Origin: Salinivirgaceae bacterium | GTDB taxonomy: Bacteria; Bacteroidota; Bacteroidia; Bacteroidales; SZUA-534 | Length of the DNA: 24,892 nucleotides | Direction of reading: 5' to 3' | Assembly: GCA_024405635.1 (NCBI GenBank) | Contig: JAKSOL010000028.1 | Span: forward strand, 1 to 24,892 | Part shown: positions 5,903 to 14,765 of the stretch, one piece after another | Numbering within the stretch: the first letter of the stretch is position 1 | Layout of the letters: every line of letters begins with the position of its first letter | Notes under the pieces: generated by a model | The model's input: only the letters and a program-made list of their open reading frames with translations | Told to the model about the DNA's origin: nothing | Databases searched by the model: none | Translations under genes and position numbers: made by a program

Positions 5903-8704
5903 CTAGAAGTTGAAAGTTACACCAGCAGTGTAAAGACCTCCAATTTCATCGGTATATGCATACTCTGAGCGCTTGGTATTGAATAGGTTATGAGCATTAA
6001 CAAACACCTCGCATTGATTAATAGGTTTGTAACCAACTTTAAGGTTAACAGTAAACTTTTGAGGAGTTTTAACATTATAACCAAGAATATTCATTGAACG
6101 TTTGCTTGTGTAGTTTCCAAAAGCTGAAATTTCAAGTTTCTCAATAGGCTTGTATATTGCACCAATCATTCCATACAAAGTAGGAGTAGCCTCATGAACA
6201 CGACCATTTTCCTTTTCGCCAAGATTGATATTTGAGCTTCCAAAGAAATAGCGAGAGTTTTCGCCATCAACAATGTGTTCCAAACCTAAATCATTAAGAA
6301 TATTGTCAATCACTTCAATAGTAAGGTTTTCATCTTGAGCACCTTCGCCCATAAATTCCTCCTTTATTTTAGGAATTTTTTGAAAAGCTTGCATTGCAGC
6401 AGTGTAGCTTTCAGCTAACTGAGCCATAACTAGGCTATTTTGGTCATAGTCTTGATAGTTGTTAAGAATTGTTCGTTGAGCATTAAAGTTGAATTTCACA
6501 ATTAAGTTTTTGGCAGCAATCCAATCGGCATTAAGACCAATACCAAATTGATTGGCTACAATTGGTGAATTTTGGTTTTTAAACACAACCTCAGATTTAA
6601 GTAAGCCAAGACCATTATAAAGGTCAACAGGAGTTGTCATATTAACACCTTGTCCCATGAGCAAATTGTTAACAGTTTCATCTTTAAGAGTTAAACGCGA
6701 CAACGAAGGAGTTAAGCGGTTGTAGTTTTTACTGCGAGAATAGTATGCCTCAGCATCAACAAGTAGTTTGTCGGTTGGTTTCCATCTATAACCAAGTTCA
6801 ATATTATCAATGCTAGTAAGTTTAGCTTTATCGTTGTAAGTAAACTGAATCAAATCGGGAGTGCCTTGTCCAATACGGTCCCAAGTAAAATTGGTTGAAG
6901 TATTAACACACAAAGGCGAGCGCATAGAGTGTCCATAAGAAATACGAGCAAAGTTGCTACCATTGATTTCGTAAGTTGAAACCAACTGCCACGATGGGTT
7001 CCACTTGTCAGGAATATTGGTTTTGTCGGAACGGAAACCAGCAATAAAGCGCCAAGAGTCAAGTTTATAATCGAATCGCAAACCTAAACCAAGAGTTTTT
7101 GCTATAGCCTCTTTGTTAAAGAATCCATTTACTTGCTCGCCCTCAAATTCACCAGCAGCATCTTTATAATTAAGATACAAGTAGTTAACGCTTGGTTTAA
7201 TAGTCAAGTTATTTAATTTAACCGAATACTCAGCCTCAGCATTAAACGATTTATAATCCTCGTCGTAGGTCATTTCACCTACACTAAAACTGTTTGGACC
7301 AGCGGTATAGCCAATATTTAGGCGCAAATCGTAGATATTTGAAAGCATATTAACGTAACCTGTTTTAAACTGACGATATTGGAGTGCAATATCAATCTCG
7401 TTTATAGGAGTTTGAGCCACGCATGACGATTGCCAACCACCAGTAAAGTTGAAGTTAATTTTATCGGTTGGTGTATAAGTTAAATAAGCATTAGCGCCCT
7501 GAGTTTCGCGCGCCATGCCAGGTTTTTCGTATCGTGCATTGTACGATGAGTGATAAATAATGTTTTTAGAGAAGAAATATGGTTTATCAACTGCATTTTG
7601 CAGAACCGATAAATCGCCAAAGTTTTCGGCAATAACTTCAGCAATTTGTTCATCAGACAAGCCCGCGCTTACCAATTGAGCTTTAGTAACTTCAACCATA
7701 GGCATATAATATTGCAGAATTTGTCCAGCTACCGAAGCTATTGGATTTCCATTTATTCCTCTACTTCTATTCAACTGCTCTAATGAGATGTAGCCACCCT
7801 TAGCAGGTTCAATTGAAACTGCGCCTGAGAGTATCATAGCAAACAAATCGTTTTGACCAAAATACTCGCCATAGTCAGGTACTGCATTTTCGTTGTTAAT
7901 AAAAAAGGTGGTGTTGCCATCGTTTTTAATGTGACGCAGTTGGTCGGTATTGCGGTCGCGACGTTGAATATTACCAGTTACACCAAAAGCAATTTTGCCA
8001 AGTTGTTTACGAAAAGCCAAGTCGGCCACCAAAGTATTTAAGTTGCCATATTGTACCGAGCCCGAAACCAACTTTGAGTTGTCGTTTGGTTTTTCGGTAA
8101 TAATATTGATAACGCCTGTCATGGCATTCATTCCATACAAAGCCGAGACAGCGCCACGAACAACCTCAATACGCAACACATCTTCAATTGATATTGGCAA
8201 GGCTTCAATATTAAGTGCACCCATACCAAGGTTTTGAATTGGACGGCCATCGAGCAACAACAACACGTTGGCATTTTCGGCATATAACATCCAAGAGTTA
8301 TCGGGAATGTTGTTCAATCCTCGCAATTGGATATCGTAAATACCGTTAAATTTTTCAGAAACAATTGCGCCGGGAATGAAACGAAAAGCCTCCTCTATTG
8401 TAGTTACGCCATAGGAACGCAACTCTTCGCGAGTGATAACGGTGGTAGAAAGAGGCGAAACAAACGAATCTTCCTCTTCTTTTGAGGCCGACGACACACT
8501 TTTGTTCATAATCATTTCGAACAACTCGTCGCTTGACACTCCCATAATTGCAGCAAGTTTAAGAACTTGTTCAAGCGGCATTTCCAGCAACTCATCGTAG
8601 GTGAGTTTCATAATGTCTTTACGAGTATAGTTTTCTACATTGGTTTGAGCAAACACGTTAAAAGCCAACAAACCAGTTAGTGCTATTAATAATATTTTTT
8701 TCAT
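5903..8704 (-). CDS. TonB-dependent outer membrane receptor (non-SusC type, YfiR-associated), paralogue 1
   Basis: 933 aa; signal peptide; plug motifs (SPLSTTVITREEL, IQLRG, LLLLDGR, IEVVRGAVSALYGMNAMTGVINIIT); beta-barrel ending ..NAHNLFN...GVTFNF with C-terminal Phe. Confidence 0.93.
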   Translation of the reverse strand: MKKILLIALTGLLAFNVFAQTNVENYTRKDIMKLTYDELLEMPLEQVLKLAAIMGVSSDELFEMIMNKSVSSASKEEEDSFVSPLSTTVITREELRSYGVTTIEEAFRFIPGAIVSEKFNGIYDIQLRGLNNIPDNSWMLYAENANVLLLLDGRPIQNLGMGALNIEALPISIEDVLRIEVVRGAVSALYGMNAMTGVINIITEKPNDNSKLVSGSVQYGNLNTLVADLAFRKQLGKIAFGVTGNIQRRDRNTDQLRHIKNDGNTTFFINNENAVPDYGEYFGQNDLFAMILSGAVSIEPAKGGYISLEQLNRSRGINGNPIASVAGQILQYYMPMVEVTKAQLVSAGLSDEQIAEVIAENFGDLSVLQNAVDKPYFFSKNIIYHSSYNARYEKPGMARETQGANAYLTYTPTDKINFNFTGGWQSSCVAQTPINEIDIALQYRQFKTGYVNMLSNIYDLRLNIGYTAGPNSFSVGEMTYDEDYKSFNAEAEYSVKLNNLTIKPSVNYLYLNYKDAAGEFEGEQVNGFFNKEAIAKTLGLGLRFDYKLDSWRFIAGFRSDKTNIPDKWNPSWQLVSTYEINGSNFARISYGHSMRSPLCVNTSTNFTWDRIGQGTPDLIQFTYNDKAKLTSIDNIELGYRWKPTDKLLVDAEAYYSRSKNYNRLTPSLSRLTLKDETVNNLLMGQGVNMTTPVDLYNGLGLLKSEVVFKNQNSPIVANQFGIGLNADWIAAKNLIVKFNFNAQRTILNNYQDYDQNSLVMAQLAESYTAAMQAFQKIPKIKEEFMGEGAQDENLTIEVIDNILNDLGLEHIVDGENSRYFFGSSNINLGEKENGRVHEATPTLYGMIGAIYKPIEKLEISAFGNYTSKRSMNILGYNVKTPQKFTVNLKVGYKPINQCEVFVNAHNLFNTKRSEYAYTDEIGGLYTAGVTFNF

Positions 8705-8722
8705 AGTTCAATTCCTTCCAAA

Positions 8723-9238
8723 TTAATCAACCTGTATTCCAAGCATCATCAATTGAGCGCTCACTTTCAAACCTTGAGAATCAACATGACGACGACATAT
8801 TTCAAAGTTTTGTTTGCCATCTACTTTTACATAGTTAATGCAAGATGCCAACGATGCCAAACCTTCTTTGTCGGTAATAACCAGCACGCCCCTACCTTTT
8901 GTTTTGTTAATCACAGACTCTAAGTGTTCTGAGTACTTGTCGGTTATGTAAATAATGTGATAGTCGCTAAAATTGTCGCTCAGTGTCATTTCGTGAACAT
9001 CAATTTTTTGACCTGCACCAACCACACGTTTTTCTGCAATGGTTTGCAGTTCTTTGGTTATTGGCGATTTGCCTAATACTCCAATCACAAACTCGCCACC
9101 TTGCTTTTCACTAGGCCACTCAATGTGCTTTGTGAAATTGTAGAGAAACAAAGCCTTAAATTTTTCATCCTGCGCCATTAACACTGGTCGCATTAGTAAC
9201 ATTGTTACTAGCAGTAGCAATAATTTCCTCATATTCAT
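8723..9238 (-). CDS. YfiR family (DUF4154/HmsC-like) periplasmic protein
   Basis: 171 aa; signal peptide then KALFLYNFTKHIEWP, FVIGVLG, HIIYI, VLVITD, INYV...FEI......GLKVSAQLM, the YfiR-family pattern; 18 bp upstream of receptor 1. Confidence 0.88.
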   Translation of the reverse strand: MNMRKLLLLLVTMLLMRPVLMAQDEKFKALFLYNFTKHIEWPSEKQGGEFVIGVLGKSPITKELQTIAEKRVVGAGQKIDVHEMTLSDNFSDYHIIYITDKYSEHLESVINKTKGRGVLVITDKEGLASLASCINYVKVDGKQNFEICRRHVDSQGLKVSAQLMMLGIQVD

Positions 9239-9463
9239 TATTAGTATTATTTATAATGTATCAAATATTCAATCGCAAATTCACAAACTAAAATTCTATA
9301 CAAGATTAACCTATATCATCATTTATTACATGCAACCGATTGAAAACTTACTAACAAAATATAACAATTATCATAAATGCGTTTAGCATATATGCATCAA
9401 ATTCAACAACTATTTGGCAAAAAAAAGCAAACTTGTGACTTTCCAATAAAGATACTTTGTAAC

Positions 9464-9495
9464 AAAAAAAAGCCTACCAACAATAGTCAGTAGGC
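9464..9495 (-). terminator. Intrinsic terminator after TonB-dependent receptor 2
   Basis: Minus strand GCCTACTGAC-TATT-GTTGGTAGGC (G-U pairs allowed) followed by T8. Confidence 0.8.
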
Positions 9496-9520
9496 CTGTA
9501 ACACAAAAAAATTCAACAAT

Positions 9521-12097
9521 TTAGAAATCGAATAGAACACCAGCGGTGTAAAGTCCACCAATTGGATCCATGTATGGGAATTCGCGTTTCTTGTTGTTTA
9601 ATAAGTTTCGAGCGTTAGCAAACACTTCAACTTTATCGGTTGCTTTATAACCAACTTTTAAATCAATTGTAAAACGAGGGTTCATAACTTCGGTTGAATA
9701 CTTGGTTGCATAAGTACGTTTACCAATAAAGTTAACCATTGATGACATATTGATTTTGCTTGTTGGCTTGTAGATTAAGCTTAGCGAACCATAAATATTT
9801 GGCGTTGCCTTATTTTCAAAACCATCTTTTGTTTCTGGATTATCGTAAACATTGCTGCTAACACCAATTGCATCATCGGTTAAAAATACATTACCTTTCT
9901 CTACTTCACTGCCAATGTATCCCATTACTCCAGAAATATCACCTTGGGCCATAACATTAAGCAATAACATAGTTGCTTTTGTCATGCAACTTCCAGCATC
10001 TTCACCCATTATTTGCGACGATATTTCGTTGCTTTGCTCGTATTTAAAGTAGTTGTCGATGGTTGTTTTTTGAACATTCACATTTAAACGCGAAACTAGT
10101 TTTGGGCTAATAATCCAGTCTAAACTCATTGATGCTCCCATTTGATGAACATTGTAGTCGAGGTTGCGATATTTAATAAACGACTCAATGTTAATCATGT
10201 TAACAAAACTATTCATATCAAAGTTGCCATCACCACCTAAGGCTGCCAACATGTTAGGAATTTGAACAGTAAGTTCCGAATGGTCGCTCATAAGAGCGCC
10301 ATAGTTTGAGCTGTTTGAATAAAAGGCCTCAAGGTCAAATAATAATTTGTCGTTTGGGCGCATGCGGTAACCTAATTCGAAGTTATCAATGTGCATCAAA
10401 TCGGCATCGGGGTTGCCAAGGAACGAAATTCTATTTGGGAAAGTGCTACGGTCCCAAGCATACGAGCAACTTGCATTTAAGCACACTGCACTGCGCATTG
10501 CTCGGCTATATACAAAGCGGAAAAAGTTTGAATTGTTTAGGTTGTAGTTTGCAGCAAACTGCCACGAAGTGTTCCATTTGTCGGGCATGTTGGTTTTGTC
10601 GCTACGAATGGCCGCAATAAAACGGAACTTATCAAGCGAATAATCGACTCTCAAACTTGGAGCGAAATCGCGCATTGCTGAACGCTCGTTAAGAAAGCCT
10701 ACAAATCCCTCTTCTATTTTTGAATCTTCGTACTCAATCCATTGCCAGTAAACACCTGGACGAATTTTCAAACGCTCGCCTATTTGCCAGTTATAATCGG
10801 CACTTGCACTAGCTGTGCGGAAATTCACTTTATACTCTGGCAAACCTTTGTAATAGTCTTGTGGACCTGACATATAACTTGCGTTAACTGTAAGGTCGCC
10901 AACATGAGCATCAACATTCACATAACCATTTTTGAAGACACGATACGATTGAGCGAAATCGACATCGGTTGGAGTTTGAGTAAGAATAAACTGCTGACCG
11001 TAACCGCTAGTAATGTCGATGCGTGTATTTAGCGATGGATTGATTGTAATGTAACCATTGAAACCAAAGTTTTTGCGTGCCAACTTAGCATCGTTGCAAA
11101 AGCGAGAGTCAAGTTGGTCTTCAAAATAAATCATATCTACAGCCTCGCCAGTTAACGAGTTTAGCATTTTGGTTTGTTTCATTTGGTCAATAGTCATCCA
11201 ACCTGCTTTTGTAACAGGGTTTGACAATACAGGAATAGTATCGCCATCAGTATCAATATACTTAACATAGTCGCCATTCTCGTCGGGCAAACCAAATTCG
11301 TTATCGTAAGCGCCAGCACCATAGCTCCACAACTTATTGTCAGGGCGATTGCGATATTGTGCGTTCATAGTTAAACCAACAGCAATTTTGTTATTAAGAC
11401 GTTTGCGAACAGCAACATCGGCAATGGCAGTACTTAGGTTACCTGCTTGAGCCGAACCGCTCACTGTAAGCTTTTCGTTTTCAGCCTTTTGGGTGATGAT
11501 ATTAATAACACCTTGCACCGCATTTGGTCCATAAAGAGCCGATGCTGCACCACGAACCACCTCAATACGCTCAACATCTTCAATTGAGATTGGCATGTGT
11601 TCAATATTTGCGGCACCCATAGCGTAGTTGTGAGTTACACGACCATCGAGCATCATAAGCACGTTTGAGTTTTCGGTGTAAACCATCATTTGGTTATCGG
11701 GAATATTGTTCAATCCACGAACATAAATATCGAACGACCCGTTACCTTTTTGTTGCACCACCACACCAGGAATAAGGCGAAGAGCCTCCTCAATGGTTGT
11801 GCAACCGTAGGTGCGCATCTCGTCGCGAGTTATTACGGTTGACGAAAGTGGACTAGCAAATGCATCTTCTTCAGATTTTGATGCCGACGACAGGCTCTTA
11901 TTCATAATCATTTTGAACAAATCGTCGCTAGTTACGCCCATAATTTCGGCCAAGCGCATTACCTGATCAAATGGCATTTCAACCAACTGGTCGTAGGTAA
12001 GATTCATAATGTCTTTTTTTGTGTACTCAACTCCACTTTGTGCCGATGCTGATAAAGCAAAGGCAAAAGCCAACATTGAAAGAAATAAGCGTTTCAT
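9521..12097 (-). CDS. TonB-dependent outer membrane receptor (non-SusC type), paralogue 2
   Basis: 858 aa; signal peptide; SPLSSTVITRDEM, VRG, MMLDGR, IEVVRGAASALYGPNAVQGVINIIT; ends NARNLLN...GVLFDF; collinear with 5903..8704. Confidence 0.93.
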   Translation of the reverse strand: MKRLFLSMLAFAFALSASAQSGVEYTKKDIMNLTYDQLVEMPFDQVMRLAEIMGVTSDDLFKMIMNKSLSSASKSEEDAFASPLSSTVITRDEMRTYGCTTIEEALRLIPGVVVQQKGNGSFDIYVRGLNNIPDNQMMVYTENSNVLMMLDGRVTHNYAMGAANIEHMPISIEDVERIEVVRGAASALYGPNAVQGVINIITQKAENEKLTVSGSAQAGNLSTAIADVAVRKRLNNKIAVGLTMNAQYRNRPDNKLWSYGAGAYDNEFGLPDENGDYVKYIDTDGDTIPVLSNPVTKAGWMTIDQMKQTKMLNSLTGEAVDMIYFEDQLDSRFCNDAKLARKNFGFNGYITINPSLNTRIDITSGYGQQFILTQTPTDVDFAQSYRVFKNGYVNVDAHVGDLTVNASYMSGPQDYYKGLPEYKVNFRTASASADYNWQIGERLKIRPGVYWQWIEYEDSKIEEGFVGFLNERSAMRDFAPSLRVDYSLDKFRFIAAIRSDKTNMPDKWNTSWQFAANYNLNNSNFFRFVYSRAMRSAVCLNASCSYAWDRSTFPNRISFLGNPDADLMHIDNFELGYRMRPNDKLLFDLEAFYSNSSNYGALMSDHSELTVQIPNMLAALGGDGNFDMNSFVNMINIESFIKYRNLDYNVHQMGASMSLDWIISPKLVSRLNVNVQKTTIDNYFKYEQSNEISSQIMGEDAGSCMTKATMLLLNVMAQGDISGVMGYIGSEVEKGNVFLTDDAIGVSSNVYDNPETKDGFENKATPNIYGSLSLIYKPTSKINMSSMVNFIGKRTYATKYSTEVMNPRFTIDLKVGYKATDKVEVFANARNLLNNKKREFPYMDPIGGLYTAGVLFDF

Positions 12098-12501
12098 GTT
12101 TTATGATATTTTTTAAATAAGTTTTCTTGTGCAACTAAACAACCTTAGCAAATTCAGTTGCCAAAATTATCTAATATCATTGGCAATATTATACAATAAC
12201 ACGCCTCTATCATTATCAATATCAATCACAAATTAACCAAATCCAATCTAAAACAAAAAAACGCAAAACTTATGTTAATTAAAGCATTAAACTAATAGGC
12301 ATAACCATATTATGAATAAACAAATAATCATTCTTCAAACAACAAAACAACGCACAAACAGAAACACTCAACATTACAATTTCGCGCATTAAACAAGTTA
12401 TTAGCAACCTTTTTGCAAGACGAACTAATAAACTGACAAAATGTGGTGTTTTTAGTACCAAATAGCAAAGCTTTACCAACCTACTGACAACGCATTTTCA
12501 T

Positions 12502-12509
12502 TACTTTTG
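12502..12509 (+). promoter_or_regulatory. Bacteroidetes -7 promoter element for the rel operon
   Basis: TACTTTTG matches TAnnTTTG, 24 nt upstream of ATG 12534; no clear -33 TTTG. Confidence 0.6.
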
Positions 12510-12533
12510 CAATACATAAAAAAACACACCGCT

Positions 12534-14759
12534 ATGAGTTCAAACACTTCCGATTTTACCGACGAGGAAAAAGAATATATCCAGGAACGATTCAAAGACT
12601 TGCTGAAAGAAGCACATCTTTCGCAATCGGAAGAAGATCAGGCCCTGATAACCAAAGCATTTAATTTGGCCAATGGAGCCCACGAAAACATGCGCCGCAA
12701 GTCGGGCGAGCCATACATTATACACCCAATTGCAGTTGCCAAAATAGTGACATGCGAAATTGGACTTGGCACAAAATCAATTGTTTCGGCACTTTTACAC
12801 GATGTGGTTGAAGACACCGATTTTACCGTTGAAGACATTCAACTTCAGTTTGGCGACCGCATTGCCAAAATTGTTGATGGACTGACCAAAATTGCAGGAG
12901 TATTTGATAACCAAACCAATCTTCAGGCCGAAAACTTTAAGAAGATAATAATGACAATGGGCGAAGACCTTCGTGTTGTGTTTATTAAACTAGCCGACCG
13001 CCTACACAACATGCGCACACTTGATAGTATGCCGCCCAACAAACAACTCAAAATTGCTAGCGAAACCATGTACATATATGCACCGCTAGCACACCGCTTG
13101 GGGTTGTACAACATTAAATCGGAATTAGAAGACTTGTGCCTCAAATATCAGCATCCGCAAGAATATAAGCGCATTGCCGATTTTGTTAAAGATAGCGAGC
13201 AAAAACGCAGCAACTACATAATTAAATTCTCGCTACCAATATCGAAACGACTAAACGACGAAGGTTACGTTTATGAACTATCGGGACGCCCAAAATCAAT
13301 CTACTCCATTTGGCACAAAATGGAAACAAAACACGTGCAACTCGATGAGATATATGACTTATTTGCCATCCGCATCATTTTTGAGCCAAAAGAAAACGTA
13401 TCGGAAAAGCAGCAATGTTGGAACATATACGCACTAATAACCGACATTTACAAAAGCCACCCCGACCGGTTGCGCGACTGGGTAAGTCAACCAAAATCAA
13501 ATGGTTACGAATCGTTGCACGTTACAGTAATGGGGCCTAGTGGCCAATGGGTTGAAGTGCAGATTCGCAGCCGCCGAATGAACGACATTGCCGAGCGCGG
13601 TTATGCCGCCCATTGGAAATACAAAGACCCAAACGCAAATGGTAAAGAAAACGAACTTGACAAATGGATTGCCGACATCAGGCAAGTTCTTGAAGATCCA
13701 AACAAAAACGCAATCGATTTTCTTGACCAGTTCAAACTAAACCTATTTGCATCAGAAATAACAGTGTTTACCCGCAACGGACAAACACTCACAATGCCTG
13801 CTCACTCTACAGTTCTCGACTTTGCATTCTACATTCACTCCGAAGTAGGATACCATGCCTATGGAGCTAAAATAAACCGAAAACTAGTGTCGCTATTTGA
13901 GGAGCTAAACAGCGGTGACCAAGTTGAAATACTAACCTCAGAAAGCCAACTACCCGACCCTTCGTGGACCTCGAACGTGGTTACCGCAAAGGCAAAAGAC
14001 AAACTAAAAAGCTATTTCCGCGAACAACGAAAAGAAACCATAAACGATGGTAAACAACACCTTGAATGGTTGCTTGAGCAAACCGAAATGACCAATGGTT
14101 CAAACGTTTTCCGTAAACTTTTTAGCCACTACAACACACATAGCAAAGAAGAGATATATCTTAAACTTGGCTACGAAAAAATATCGGTAGCAACATTTAA
14201 AAGTATCATAAACACTCGTTCACGAAGACGTTTTATTAGTTTTTGGGGCTTTTCAAAGAAAAAAGAAGCATCAGAAGAATTTGACAAATCAAAACCGCTA
14301 TTAGTTGACGACAACACACAAGGATACAGCATTGCCAAATGTTGCAACCCTATTCCTGGCGATGACGTAATTGGCTATCGTATTGGCGACGAAGTAGTTA
14401 TACATAGCACATCGTGCCGAAATGCCATACAACTACTTTCAAGCGACAGTTCAAACGCCGTTAAGGTTGAATGGAAAACCCAAAAGATGATAGCTTCACT
14501 TGGCCGAATTAAATTCCACGGAACCGAAAACATTGATTCGGCTAACAAAGTAACCGAAGCCATTACTAAAGCCTTTGGCGTAAAACTGCGCTCAATAAGA
14601 ATGGAATGTCACGATGGTATTTTTGAAGGAATTATGGATGTGTACGTGAAACGCACCGACGACTTAGAAAACCTTAAAAGCAGCATCGAAAAAATCAAAG
14701 GAATATCAAACGTCACACGCATTACATTTGACGAAAAGAACAACCCAACAGCTATTTAA
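12534..14759 (+). CDS. rel: Bifunctional (p)ppGpp synthetase/hydrolase, RelA/SpoT family
   Basis: RKSGEPYIIHP, LLHDVVEDT (intact HD), IKLADRLHNMRTL, RPKSIYSI, DLFAIR, RLRDW..PK.NGYESLH, EVQIR, TGS (TVLDFAF.IH), KCCNPIPGD and C-terminal ACT-like domain. ATG 12534 preferred because the TTG at 12507 overlaps the promoter element. Confidence 0.96.
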   Translation: MSSNTSDFTDEEKEYIQERFKDLLKEAHLSQSEEDQALITKAFNLANGAHENMRRKSGEPYIIHPIAVAKIVTCEIGLGTKSIVSALLHDVVEDTDFTVEDIQLQFGDRIAKIVDGLTKIAGVFDNQTNLQAENFKKIIMTMGEDLRVVFIKLADRLHNMRTLDSMPPNKQLKIASETMYIYAPLAHRLGLYNIKSELEDLCLKYQHPQEYKRIADFVKDSEQKRSNYIIKFSLPISKRLNDEGYVYELSGRPKSIYSIWHKMETKHVQLDEIYDLFAIRIIFEPKENVSEKQQCWNIYALITDIYKSHPDRLRDWVSQPKSNGYESLHVTVMGPSGQWVEVQIRSRRMNDIAERGYAAHWKYKDPNANGKENELDKWIADIRQVLEDPNKNAIDFLDQFKLNLFASEITVFTRNGQTLTMPAHSTVLDFAFYIHSEVGYHAYGAKINRKLVSLFEELNSGDQVEILTSESQLPDPSWTSNVVTAKAKDKLKSYFREQRKETINDGKQHLEWLLEQTEMTNGSNVFRKLFSHYNTHSKEEIYLKLGYEKISVATFKSIINTRSRRRFISFWGFSKKKEASEEFDKSKPLLVDDNTQGYSIAKCCNPIPGDDVIGYRIGDEVVIHSTSCRNAIQLLSSDSSNAVKVEWKTQKMIASLGRIKFHGTENIDSANKVTEAITKAFGVKLRSIRMECHDGIFEGIMDVYVKRTDDLENLKSSIEKIKGISNVTRITFDEKNNPTAI

Positions 14760-14765
14760 TTGATA

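Noticed and set aside
5903-12097. SusC/SusD polysaccharide utilisation locus
   Set aside because: There is no SusD lipoprotein, CAZyme or SusC-type N-terminal domain; the partner is a YfiR-family protein.
12148-12163. Sigma54 promoter upstream of receptor 2 (TGGCAACTGAATTTGC)
   Set aside because: GG-to-GC spacing is 11 nt rather than the required 10.
12279-12479. 66-aa intergenic ORF between receptor 2 and rel
   Set aside because: Non-ATG start, AT-rich divergent promoter region and no recognisable features.
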